Below, one piece after another: positions 8,190 through 17,190 of a stretch of DNA of 64,000 nt. The DNA is taken from NCBI GenBank assembly GCA_965228895.1, contig OZ245842.1:4608001-4672000 (forward strand). Direction: 5' to 3'. The stretch is from Alphaproteobacteria bacterium. Lineage in GTDB: Bacteria > Pseudomonadota > Alphaproteobacteria > SP197. Both the position numbers and the translations under genes were made by a program. The number at the start of each line of letters is the position of its first letter. The stretch's first letter is position 1. The notes below the pieces were generated by a model. It searched no databases. It saw nothing but the letters and a program-made list of their open reading frames with translations, and was not told the origin of the DNA.

Positions 8190-9818
8190 GTGGACAACGA
8201 CATCGACGTGCTGGTCGTGGGCGCGGGGCCGGTTGGTCTCTTCATGACATGCGAGCTGATTCGCCATGGCGCGCGGGTGCGCCTTGTCGAAATCGCCGAT
8301 GCCCCGACGACACTGTCCAAGGCAATCGGCGTTCATGCCCGGACCATGGAGGTTTTCCAGGACATCGGTGTTGTCCAGGCCGCGCTTGCCAAAGGCAAGG
8401 TGATGCACGGCGCCAACATTTTTTCCGACGGCAAACGCATCGCCCACCTGTCGTTGGACGAGCTCGACAGCCCCTATCCCTTCCTTCTCGACCTGGAACA
8501 GAGCCGGACCGAAGAGATTCTGATCGACCACTTGGCCGGCCTCGGCGGCGGTGCCGAACGCGGCACCACCATGACCGGTTTCGAACAGGACGATACCGGC
8601 GTTACCGCGACCCTGCGCCGGGGCGACACCGAGGAGACAATAAGCGCCTCCTGGCTGGTCGGCTGCGACGGCGCGCACAGCACGACACGCCACACCCTGG
8701 GCCTGGAGTTCCAGGGCGATGCCCTTCCCCAGAACATGCTTCTGGCCGATGTCCGGCTGGACTGGGGTCAAGTCGATGACGAACTGACGGCAAGCCTGAA
8801 TGATCAGGGCCTATTGTTCGTGGCGCCCTTGGTCGGCGGACGCGCACGCGTCATCGCCGACGTACCCGATGACGTGAAAGAGGTCACGCTCGCCGACGTA
8901 CAACAGGTCATCGACGAACGAGGACCTGGTGGCGGCAAGGTGAGCGACCCGGTCTGGCTGACGACGTTTCGTATCAGCGAGCGCCAGGTCGAGCGCTACC
9001 GTGTCGGCCGCGTGTTCCTGGCCGGCGACGCGGCCCACGTGCACAGCCCTGCCGGCGGTCAGGGCATGAACACCGGCATTCAGGACGCCTATAACCTGGC
9101 GTGGAAACTAGGCTTCGCCATCCGGGGCCAAGCGAGCGAGGCGCTGATCGACAGCTACAATGGCGAACGCCACCCGGTCGGTCATGCGGTGCTGCGCGGC
9201 ACAAGCCTTGCGACCCGCGCCATCACGCTACGCAATCCGCTGGCGCGCCATCTGCGCGACAAGCTCGCCGGCTTCCTGACCAACATCGAGGTGGTTCAAG
9301 AACGCATGCGTACCAATGCCTCGCAGCTGGCCGTGGGCTATCGCGACAGCACGATCGTTGGCGAACACCGCGGACCCGGCCCGGGCGCTCGCGCCTTCAG
9401 CCACGGACCCTTACCGGGTCAGCGAGCGCCGGACGGGGACCTGATGGATCCGCAGGACGGCAGTATGGTCACCCTGTTCGATCTGCTTCGCGGGCCCGCA
9501 CACACCATGGTGTTTTTTGCCGGCACGATCTTGGACGACGGCGATGAAGGGGCGCGCGGCGCGGTCTTGGCGGCGTTGCCTGTTGAACTAGTTGGCGAGC
9601 TGCGCCTGATCTTGATCACGACCGGCGATGAACCTCTGCCGACGACCTGGGACGGCATCCGGGTCGTCGATACCGATGCCGCGTTGCACCACCGTTACGG
9701 CGCGGACAGCGCCTGCGTCTATCTGATCCGCCCCGACGGCTACATCGGCTATCGTGCACAGCCGATGGATGCTGCCTCGCTCCGCGCCTATTTCGATACG
9801 ATCACGGTGCAAGCCTGA
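8190..9818 (+). CDS. FAD-dependent monooxygenase (FAD_binding_3, PheA/TfdB/aromatic hydroxylase type)
   Basis: GAGPVG, LVGCDGAHS, RVFLAGDAAHVHSPAGGQGMNTGIQDAYNL, C-terminal LIRPDGYI; GTG start after GGGGAG. Confidence 0.9.
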   Translation: MDNDIDVLVVGAGPVGLFMTCELIRHGARVRLVEIADAPTTLSKAIGVHARTMEVFQDIGVVQAALAKGKVMHGANIFSDGKRIAHLSLDELDSPYPFLLDLEQSRTEEILIDHLAGLGGGAERGTTMTGFEQDDTGVTATLRRGDTEETISASWLVGCDGAHSTTRHTLGLEFQGDALPQNMLLADVRLDWGQVDDELTASLNDQGLLFVAPLVGGRARVIADVPDDVKEVTLADVQQVIDERGPGGGKVSDPVWLTTFRISERQVERYRVGRVFLAGDAAHVHSPAGGQGMNTGIQDAYNLAWKLGFAIRGQASEALIDSYNGERHPVGHAVLRGTSLATRAITLRNPLARHLRDKLAGFLTNIEVVQERMRTNASQLAVGYRDSTIVGEHRGPGPGARAFSHGPLPGQRAPDGDLMDPQDGSMVTLFDLLRGPAHTMVFFAGTILDDGDEGARGAVLAALPVELVGELRLILITTGDEPLPTTWDGIRVVDTDAALHHRYGADSACVYLIRPDGYIGYRAQPMDAASLRAYFDTITVQA

Positions 9819-9820
9819 AC

Positions 9821-10327
9821 ATGCCAACAACGGCCCCGGCCCTTGTCGCCCACGACAACCTCGACATTCGGGTGAAACCCGAGTGGATCGATTTCAACGG
9901 GCACATGAATATCGCCTGTTACGTCACCGCGTTTGACCTGGCGACCGACAACCTGTTCCTGCTCGTCACACCACAGGTCTGGCGGGATGGTCATTTCACG
10001 GAAGGTTTCTTCATCGTCGAAATGCATGTGACCTACGAGCGCGAACTCTACGAAGATGATCCGCTGAGATTTGATAGCCAAATGCTGGGCGTCGACGACA
10101 AACGCCTGCACTACCTGCACCGCATGTACCATGCCGAGAAGGGATATCTGGCCGCGACCAACGAGATCATGTTCTTGTCGGTCGACACCGAGACGCGCAA
10201 GGTCGCGCCCATGCGCGAGGACATTCGCGACGCCTTTGCCAAGGTGATGGAGGAGCACGCCGGTCTGCCGCGGCCGCCGCAAGCCGGCCGCGTCATGTCG
10301 GTCAAGGCGCGAAAGCCCGGCCGATGA
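9821..10327 (+). CDS. Hotdog-fold thioesterase (4HBT/CdhB-like)
   Basis: VKPEWIDFNGHMNIACY motif; 2 bp after the monooxygenase stop. Confidence 0.85.
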   Translation: MPTTAPALVAHDNLDIRVKPEWIDFNGHMNIACYVTAFDLATDNLFLLVTPQVWRDGHFTEGFFIVEMHVTYERELYEDDPLRFDSQMLGVDDKRLHYLHRMYHAEKGYLAATNEIMFLSVDTETRKVAPMREDIRDAFAKVMEEHAGLPRPPQAGRVMSVKARKPGR

Positions 10328-11538
10328 GCGAGGGCCGCTTCGACATTGCGATCGAGCGCGAGCCCGAAGGGCCGAGTCCCATGTCGAAGGGCGACCGCTA
10401 CCGCAGTTTGGCGGCGGTGATCGCCAGTGCCTTTGCCGCATCGCTGACGTTTTCGATTTGCATGCCGCTCTTGGCGCTGATCCTTGAGCGGCGGGGCACA
10501 GACACCGTCCTTATCGGGCTCAACACGGCATCAGCATCGGCGGGCCTGTTGATCTTCACCTTGGCGGCGCCGCTTATCGTCAACCGCTACGGCACGATGC
10601 GCACGCTCTATCTGGGCTTCGTCTTGATGATCTTCTCGATCGCCCTGTTGCCCGTGTTCGACAATGTGTGGGCGTGGTTTCCGCTGCGCTTCATCATGGG
10701 CATCGGCATCGCCATTCACTGGGTCACCAGCGAAACCTGGATCAACACCATCGTCGAAGACCGTATTCGCGGCCGGGTCATGGGGATCTACGTCACCGCG
10801 TTGTCGGGCGGCTACCTCGCCGGACTCCCGGTGCTCTACTTTGTCGGCTCTGAAGGTTACCTGCCGTTCTTTATCATCTGCGCCACCATGGCGGTCGCCG
10901 TCTTTCCCTTGGTCTTCGCGCACAACCTGGCGCCGGGCATCAAAACGACCGAAGGATTCGGCGTGTTGAGCGCCATCCGCCGCGCGCCCGCCACCATGAG
11001 CGCGGCGTTGACCGATGGTTTTGTCTTGGGCGGACTGTTCGCGTTTTTCCTGATTTACGTGCAGCGTTTGGGTTTCGACGAACAGTCGGCGATTGTCATG
11101 CTGATCGTCATGTCGCTCGGCAACGTCGTGATGCAGTACCCAATCGGATTCCTGGTCGACCTCGTCAACCGTCGTCTGCTGCTGATCATCTTTGCGATTC
11201 TGGTCGCGCTGGGCACCATTGCGCTGCCCTTTGTCATCGATCACGAGATCTTGCGATGGGTCCTTTTGTTCGCCTGGGGCGGTGTCATGGGCGGCATCTA
11301 CACCTGCGGGTTGGCGCTTGTCGGTCAACGTTTCAAGAAAGACGAACTGGCCGGCGCCAACGCGACGTTCATCTTCACCTATGAGCTGGGAACGCTGGCG
11401 GGTCCTATTGTCGGCGGCCTTGCCATCAGTTTGTGGAATCCGAATGGTTTGCTCGCCGTGACGGTGAGTGCCGGGGTCCTGTTCGCGCTGTTTACAACCG
11501 CCCGTCATCTGACGGCGAGAGGTAAGGCGTTGGAATAG
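10324..11538 (+). CDS. MFS transporter (YcaD-like)
   Basis: About 12 TM segments; ETWIN..RGRVMGIY, QYPIGFLVDLVNRR; ATGA overlap with the thioesterase. Confidence 0.88.
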   Translation: MSEGRFDIAIEREPEGPSPMSKGDRYRSLAAVIASAFAASLTFSICMPLLALILERRGTDTVLIGLNTASASAGLLIFTLAAPLIVNRYGTMRTLYLGFVLMIFSIALLPVFDNVWAWFPLRFIMGIGIAIHWVTSETWINTIVEDRIRGRVMGIYVTALSGGYLAGLPVLYFVGSEGYLPFFIICATMAVAVFPLVFAHNLAPGIKTTEGFGVLSAIRRAPATMSAALTDGFVLGGLFAFFLIYVQRLGFDEQSAIVMLIVMSLGNVVMQYPIGFLVDLVNRRLLLIIFAILVALGTIALPFVIDHEILRWVLLFAWGGVMGGIYTCGLALVGQRFKKDELAGANATFIFTYELGTLAGPIVGGLAISLWNPNGLLAVTVSAGVLFALFTTARHLTARGKALE

Positions 11539-11671
11539 CGGAAGAAAATTGGAAGGATTCAAAGCTTAGAAAGTGGTGGACCTCGCGCAAAAGGCACGCC
11601 TATGCTGGCGTGAAGCGGCTGAACAAGAAACAAGGAGCCGCGTGGTTTGGGGTGCAACTGGGGAGACAACA

Positions 11672-12691
11672 ATGACCTCATTGAAGATTCTGGGACTAGC
11701 AACCGCGGCCGTTATGGCAGCGAGCCAGGCATTTGCCGGCGCGACCGTCGACCAAATCAAATCGCAAGATGTCGTGCGCTGCGGCGTCAGCACGGGCCTT
11801 GCCGGTTTCTCGATCGCCGACAGCCAAGGCAACTGGACCGGCCTTGATGCCGATTTCTGCCGCGTTGTCGCGGCCGCCACTCTTGGCGACGCGACGAAGG
11901 TCGAATTTGTGCCGCTTTCCGCGCAACAGCGCTTCACCGCCCTGCAATCGGGCGAGGTCGATCTTCTGTCGCGTAACACGACGTGGACCTTGACCCGCGA
12001 TACGACGCTGGGCCTCGATTTCGTCGGCGTCACCTTCTATGACGGCCAAGGCTTCATGGTACCGGCCGACCTGGGTGTCTCCTCGGCGATGGAGTTGGAT
12101 GGCGCCGCCGTCTGCGTGCAGACCGGCACGACAACCGAGAAGAACCTGACCGACTTCTTCCGCGCGACCGGCATGTCGTTCGAGCCGGTGGTGTTCGAGG
12201 GTCTTGAAGAATCCAAGACCGCGTTCTTCGAAGGCCGCTGCGATGCCTATACGACGGACGCGTCGGGCCTGGCCTCGATCCGCGCCACCGATGCGCCGAA
12301 CCCGGATGACTATGTCATTCTGCCGGAGATCATCTCCAAGGAGCCCTTGGGTCCGGCCGTGCGTAACGACGACAGCGAATGGTTCGACATCGTCAGGTGG
12401 TCGGTCTTCGCGACCCTGCAGGCCGAAGAATTGGGCATCAATTCCGGCAACATCGACGACATGATGAACAGCGAAGACCCCAACGTGCAGCGCGTGACCG
12501 GCGCTGCCGCGGGCATGGGCGAAGCGCTGGGTCTTGACGAGGCCTGGGCCTATAACATCGTTACTCAGGTCGGTAACTACGGCGAGATCTTCGAAGCCAA
12601 TGTCGGCGCCGAAACGCCGCTTGGCTTCCAGCGCGGTATCAACGCGTTGTGGAAGGATGGCGGCCTGATGTACGCGCCGCCGCTGCGCTAA
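11672..12691 (+). CDS. aapJ: General L-amino acid ABC transporter substrate-binding protein
   Basis: RFTALQSGEVDLLSRNTTWT, ISKEPLGP, QVGNYGEIF, GGLMYAPPLR; start ATG 11672 after GGGAG. Confidence 0.93.
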   Translation: MTSLKILGLATAAVMAASQAFAGATVDQIKSQDVVRCGVSTGLAGFSIADSQGNWTGLDADFCRVVAAATLGDATKVEFVPLSAQQRFTALQSGEVDLLSRNTTWTLTRDTTLGLDFVGVTFYDGQGFMVPADLGVSSAMELDGAAVCVQTGTTTEKNLTDFFRATGMSFEPVVFEGLEESKTAFFEGRCDAYTTDASGLASIRATDAPNPDDYVILPEIISKEPLGPAVRNDDSEWFDIVRWSVFATLQAEELGINSGNIDDMMNSEDPNVQRVTGAAAGMGEALGLDEAWAYNIVTQVGNYGEIFEANVGAETPLGFQRGINALWKDGGLMYAPPLR

Positions 12692-12706
12692 CCGAATAAA
12701 GCCTAG

Positions 12707-12736
12707 CCGCCGCCCTGCCGTAACGCAGGGCGGCGG
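12707..12736 (+). terminator. Intercistronic hairpin after aapJ (mRNA stabiliser or partial terminator)
   Basis: Perfect 12-bp stem ccgccgccctgc/gcagggcggcgg, 6-nt loop, no U-tract. Confidence 0.6.
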
Positions 12737-12751
12737 TGACGCTTTAGCGCC

Positions 12752-13946
12752 ATGTCTAGCTATTCGGGCGATCCCGGGGACGTCAAACCGTCGCGTCCTG
12801 CCTTCTGGAACGACCCCGTCATCCGCGGGATCTTCTGGCAAATCGTCGTGGTCGGCGGCGTTGTGCTGTTGGCCGCGTTCCTAGTCTCCAACACGCTCTC
12901 CAATCTGGCGCGCCAAAACATCGCCAGCGGCTTCGGCTTCTTTAACGCTGAGTCAGGGTTTGCCATCGGCGAAGCGATCGTTCCCTTTGCGCCGACCGAT
13001 ACCTACCTGAGAGCCCTCATTGTCGGCCTGTTGAACACGATCAAGGTCGCCGTCGTCGGCGTCTTTTTTGCGACGATCATCGGCACGATCGTCGGGGTCA
13101 TGCGGCTGTCGCATAACTGGCTGATTGCCAAAATCGCCTCGGTCTATGTCGAAGTTCTGCGCAACATCCCGCTGCTGCTTCAGCTGTTCTTCTGGTACTC
13201 GCTGATCGTCTCGACCTTGCCGCGGGCCAAGGATGCACTGGGACCGTTCCTGGGGTTCCATCTGTCCAACCGCGGGCTGAACATACCGGTGCCCGACGAC
13301 TGGGCCTATCTCGGACCGATAGTCGGCATCCTGTTGGCCGCCGTGGTCACGTGGATCCTGCTGAAACGCAGCAAACGTATCCACGACGCAACCGGCGAGA
13401 CCAAACCGGTGCTGTGGCCGTCCGTCGGCATCTTCATCATGTTCATCTTCCTGGGCTGGGCCTCGACCGGATTCCCGACCTCGATCGATGCGCCGTCGGT
13501 CGCTACAGGGCTTCTCATTCCAGGGCGGCGTCGACGTTTCGTCGGAGTTTCTTGCCCTTTGGCTTGGTCTGACGCTCTATACCGCCTCGTTCATCGCCGA
13601 GATCGTCAGAAGCGGCATTCTTGCGGTCAACAAGGGCCAATGGGAAGCGGCCGGTGCGTTGGGGCTAAGGCGCGGCCAGATCTTGCGGTTCATCGCCCTG
13701 CCCCAGGCCATGCGCGTCATCATCCCGCCGATGACCAGCCAGTATCTCAATCTCACCAAGAACAGCTCTCTGGCGGTCGCCATCGGCTATCCCGACATCG
13801 TGTCGGTCGCCGGCACGACCATCAACCAGACCGGTCAGGCGATCGAGGGAATCGCCGTGATCATGGCGGTTTACCTGACCTTGAGCCTGTCGATCTCGCT
13901 GTTCATGAACTGGTACAACAAGCGCATTGCGCTGGTGGAGCGCTGA
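12752..13946 (+). pseudogene. aapQ: Amino acid ABC permease AapQ/BztB, frameshifted
   Basis: 5' part in the frame of 12752 (LIVGLLNTIKV, YVEVLRNIPLLLQ); 3' part in another frame (LYTASFIAEIVRSGI..GQWEAA..KNSSLA). A tandem GTCG duplication at 13495-13502 causes the shift. Confidence 0.85.
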
Positions 13947-13947
13947 C

Positions 13948-15048
13948 GTGTCAGATTCGGCCTTAGAAAGTCCCGAAATGGTACGCCCGCCGCGGCAGTC
14001 GGTCGGCGCTGTCGGCTGGCTTCGGGCGCACCTGTTCAGCTCCTGGTTCAACACGATTTTGACCGGCATTGCCGTCTGGATCATCATCGAGACCATACCC
14101 GGCATCATCATGTGGGCCTTTGTCGATTCGGTCTGGGGTGATGCCTCGCCGGAGACCTGCAAGGCGGCGGATGGCGCCTGCTGGGCCTTCATCTACGAGA
14201 AGTACCGCTTCATCCTGTTCGGTGTTTACCCCTGGGAGGAGCACTACCGGCCGCTGCTGGCCATGATCATCTTCCTGACCCTGGTGCTGACCAGCTGTTT
14301 CCGGCGCGCCTGGGGCCGGCCGCTGATTGCCGGCTGGATCATCGGCCTGGCCGCGGTGGCGGTGCTGATGTGGGGCGGTGTCCTGGGCCTGACCTATGTC
14401 GATCAGAGCCAGTGGGGCGGCCTTCCGTTGACCCTGTTCCTGGCTACCTTCGGCATCGCCGGCGCGTTTCCGATCTCGATCCTGCTGGCGCTGGGCCGAC
14501 GTTCGAAAATGCCCGCTATTAAGGCGCTATGTATCGGATACATTGAGCTTATTCGCGGCGTCCCCTTGATCAGCATCCTGTTCATGGCATCCGTCATGTT
14601 CCCGCTGTTCCTGCCACAGGGCATCAGCATCGATAAGCTGCTGCGTGCGCAGGTCGGTATCATCCTGTTCTCCGCGGCCTATCTGGCGGAAGTGATCCGC
14701 GGCGGTCTGCAGGCCATCCCCAAGGGCCAGTACGAGGCTGCCGATGCTCTGGGGCTCACCTATTGGCAGTCGATGCGCAAGATCATCCTGCCGCAGGCGC
14801 TTCGCATCACCATTCCGCCGATGGTCAACACCTTCATCGGCGGCTTCAAGGACACCTCGCTGGTCGTCATCATCGGCCTCTTTGACCTCTTGATGACCAC
14901 CCGTGTCGCCTTCCAGGACATCGAATGGCGGCCGTTTTTTGTCGAGGGCTACGTGTTCTGCGCCCTCATCTATTTCTGTTTCTGTTTCTTCATGTCCAAA
15001 TACAGCCAGTGGCTGGAGCGCGATCTGACGCGCGGCCACTCGCACTGA
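13948..15048 (+). CDS. aapM: Amino acid ABC permease AapM/BztC
   Basis: WGGLPLTL, IELIRGVPLI, AYLAEVIRGGLQAIPKGQYEAA, FKDTSLV. Confidence 0.92.
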   Translation: MSDSALESPEMVRPPRQSVGAVGWLRAHLFSSWFNTILTGIAVWIIIETIPGIIMWAFVDSVWGDASPETCKAADGACWAFIYEKYRFILFGVYPWEEHYRPLLAMIIFLTLVLTSCFRRAWGRPLIAGWIIGLAAVAVLMWGGVLGLTYVDQSQWGGLPLTLFLATFGIAGAFPISILLALGRRSKMPAIKALCIGYIELIRGVPLISILFMASVMFPLFLPQGISIDKLLRAQVGIILFSAAYLAEVIRGGLQAIPKGQYEAADALGLTYWQSMRKIILPQALRITIPPMVNTFIGGFKDTSLVVIIGLFDLLMTTRVAFQDIEWRPFFVEGYVFCALIYFCFCFFMSKYSQWLERDLTRGHSH

Positions 15049-15061
15049 CGGAGAGGTTGTT

Positions 15062-15826
15062 ATGGCGGTTGCGGAAGAACGTCCCAATTTGGGTCACGCT
15101 GTCGAATTGCGGCACGTCCATAAATGGTACGGCGAGTTCCACGTGCTCAAGGATATCAACCTGGAGGTGCGCCAGGGCGAGCGGGTCGTTGTCTGTGGAC
15201 CCTCGGGTTCCGGCAAATCGACCATGATTCGCTGCATCAACCGGCTGGAGGAGCACCAGCGGGGCCATATTCTGGTCGAAGGCACCGAATTGACCAACGA
15301 TTTGAAGAATATCGACACAATCCGGCGCGAAGTCGGCATGGTTTTCCAGCATTTCAACCTGTTTCCGCACCTGACCGTGCTGGAAAACCTGACCTTGGGG
15401 CCCACCTGGGTGCGCAAGGTTGCCAAGAAAGAGGCCGATGACACGGCGATGATGTACCTGGAACGGGTCAAAATCCCCGAACAGGCCCACAAGTACCCCG
15501 GCCAGCTCTCCGGCGGCCAGCAACAGCGCGTCGCCATCGCCCGCTCGCTGTGCATGAAACCCCAGATCATGCTGTTCGACGAGCCGACATCGGCCCTTGA
15601 CCCCGAAATGATCAAGGAAGTGCTGGATGTCATGATCGAACTGGCCGAAGAGGGCATGACCATGATCTGCGTGACCCATGAAATGGGTTTTGCCCGCACC
15701 GTCGGCGACACCATGGTCTTTATGGACGAGGGCGAAATCGTCGAAATGGCGCCGCCCAGCGAGTTCTTCGCCAACCCGAAGAACGAGCGGACCCGGCTGT
15801 TCCTGAGCCAGATTCTGTCCCACTGA
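15062..15826 (+). CDS. aapP: Amino acid ABC ATP-binding protein AapP/BztD
   Basis: GPSGSGKST, LSGGQQQRV, MLFDEPTSALDPEM, VTHEMGF all intact. Confidence 0.95.
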   Translation: MAVAEERPNLGHAVELRHVHKWYGEFHVLKDINLEVRQGERVVVCGPSGSGKSTMIRCINRLEEHQRGHILVEGTELTNDLKNIDTIRREVGMVFQHFNLFPHLTVLENLTLGPTWVRKVAKKEADDTAMMYLERVKIPEQAHKYPGQLSGGQQQRVAIARSLCMKPQIMLFDEPTSALDPEMIKEVLDVMIELAEEGMTMICVTHEMGFARTVGDTMVFMDEGEIVEMAPPSEFFANPKNERTRLFLSQILSH

Positions 15827-15851
15827 CGACCTGGCGGGCCGAATTGGCCCG

Positions 15852-15991
15852 CTAGAGCAGATCCTGTTTTGATGGAATCGCTTCGCGATGACATCAAGAC
15901 AGGTGAATCTGCTCTACTCATCGATAAAGAGCGGATTCACATGGTTAGTTGGGACCGTCAAGCGGTTCCATCTAACCATGATCCGCTCTAG
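15852..15991. repeat. RIME/BRU-RS-like double-hairpin intergenic element (MITE-like) bounded by CTAG
   Basis: Begins CTAGAGCAGAT and ends ATCCGCTCTAG; two internal long palindromes separated by a short linker. Confidence 0.75.
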
Positions 15992-16065
15992 GCCCGAAAC
16001 CGGACGCCGGACAGCCATAGCGTCCCGCTTTGAATCAGATTTGCGCCTGAATCCCCCTCCAACCC

Positions 16066-16081
16066 TGGCATAGCTCTTGCA
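16066..16081 (+). promoter_or_regulatory. Sigma54 (-24/-12) promoter
   Basis: TGGCATAGCTCTTGCA, with GG-N10-GC spacing, 30 nt upstream of the ATG at 16111. Confidence 0.7.
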
Positions 16082-16110
16082 TCCTATGGGCCGGGTTTGG
16101 AGTTATTATC

Positions 16111-16656
16111 ATGATGGTCACGTCGTTGATGCCGCGGGCGCGATATCACCAATGGGCCAATGTCCAATTGACCGATTTCCTTCTGGAGGCGGAGCAAACA
16201 GGCGCGTTTGACCGTCACGAAGACATGCGGTCGAGGGTCCATGACGTCCTGTGCCGGACCATGGCGGTCGATTGCCGATGGCTCGACCGGCTGGAAGGCC
16301 GTGAATTCGACAACTATGCCTCGCGGTTCGAGGGCATGGACTTCGCCGTTCTGCTAAAGGCTCGTTCGCTGTTGGACGCCCGTTTGATGGCGGCCGTCAA
16401 CCGGCTTGGCACGGCGGCCTCCGATGAGACGGTTCCTGCCTCGAACGGCATCAAGATCAGCCTGCCGGCGGTTGTGCGCTTCATGCTGGCACGCAACCAA
16501 CGGCAACGCTCGCATGTTGCCGGCATCTTATCCGAGCTTGAGCTGATGCCGCCGCTGATGGGCGAGCGCCTCTTCGAGGCGCGCACCCGCCGACGTGGCG
16601 AGCAGACAGAAATTTCAAACAGTGTTGATTCGCCCGCCTTGGCTGCCGTGGGATAG
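16111..16656 (+). CDS. DinB/YfiT-like four-helix-bundle protein, metal-binding His residues apparently lost
   Basis: ARYHQWAN N-terminus and VDCRWLDRLEG resemble DinB; C-terminal RNQRQRSHV in place of HxxHHRGQ. Confidence 0.6.
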   Translation: MMVTSLMPRARYHQWANVQLTDFLLEAEQTGAFDRHEDMRSRVHDVLCRTMAVDCRWLDRLEGREFDNYASRFEGMDFAVLLKARSLLDARLMAAVNRLGTAASDETVPASNGIKISLPAVVRFMLARNQRQRSHVAGILSELELMPPLMGERLFEARTRRRGEQTEISNSVDSPALAAVG

Positions 16657-16697
16657 TCAGGGCACAACGCAGCAACAAGAACAAGGGAGTTTCGTCT

Positions 16698-17081
16698 ATG
16701 CCCTGGGCGCGTTTGGGGATCGCTTTGTGCGTTCTATTCGTTGTGGCCGTGGGGCCGGTCAAAGCCACCGAAACGGAAGTCAGCGGCGACGAGCTACGTG
16801 AGCTTCTGACCGGCAATTCGATTGATGGCGTGTGGGGCGACACCCACTATATCCAATACTTCTCCGATACCGGCCGAACGCTCTACAAGGCAGACAACAG
16901 TCCCGGTGATTGGGGCACATGGCGCATCAACGACGCCGGCTACTATTGCTCGACCTGGCGCGGCGGTGCCGAGAACTGCTACAGCGTGGTCGACATGGAC
17001 GGTACCTTGTACTGGAAGTCCGAGAGCGGCAGCGTGACCTACCCCTTCACCATCATCGAAGGCAACGCGACCGAAGAATAG
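16698..17081 (+). CDS. Small exported beta protein (DUF995-like)
   Basis: Signal peptide; SGDELRELLTGNS..GTWRI...YCSTW..CY pattern. Confidence 0.7.
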   Translation: MPWARLGIALCVLFVVAVGPVKATETEVSGDELRELLTGNSIDGVWGDTHYIQYFSDTGRTLYKADNSPGDWGTWRINDAGYYCSTWRGGAENCYSVVDMDGTLYWKSESGSVTYPFTIIEGNATEE

Positions 17082-17152
17082 TCTTCGGGCGTCGCATTTC
17101 GTCGCTTCATCCGTGGACGTGGAGTCCGGCTTACCGTTACGATTCCGACTGG

Positions 17153-17174
17153 GACCTAAGTCAGTTCTTAGGTC
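17153..17174. promoter_or_regulatory. Palindromic operator-like site upstream of oppA
   Basis: GACCTAAG-tcagtt-CTTAGGTC perfect 8-bp inverted repeat just before the RBS. Confidence 0.4.
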
Positions 17175-17190
17175 GTGACGGGAGACGGCG

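Noticed and set aside
11591-11606. Possible sigma54 promoter upstream of aapJ (AGGCACGCCTATGC)
   Set aside because: GG-to-GC spacing is 9 bp rather than the required 10.
13503-13966. Arg-rich C-terminus of the 404-aa ORF as a novel domain
   Set aside because: It is out-of-frame read-through after the aapQ frameshift.
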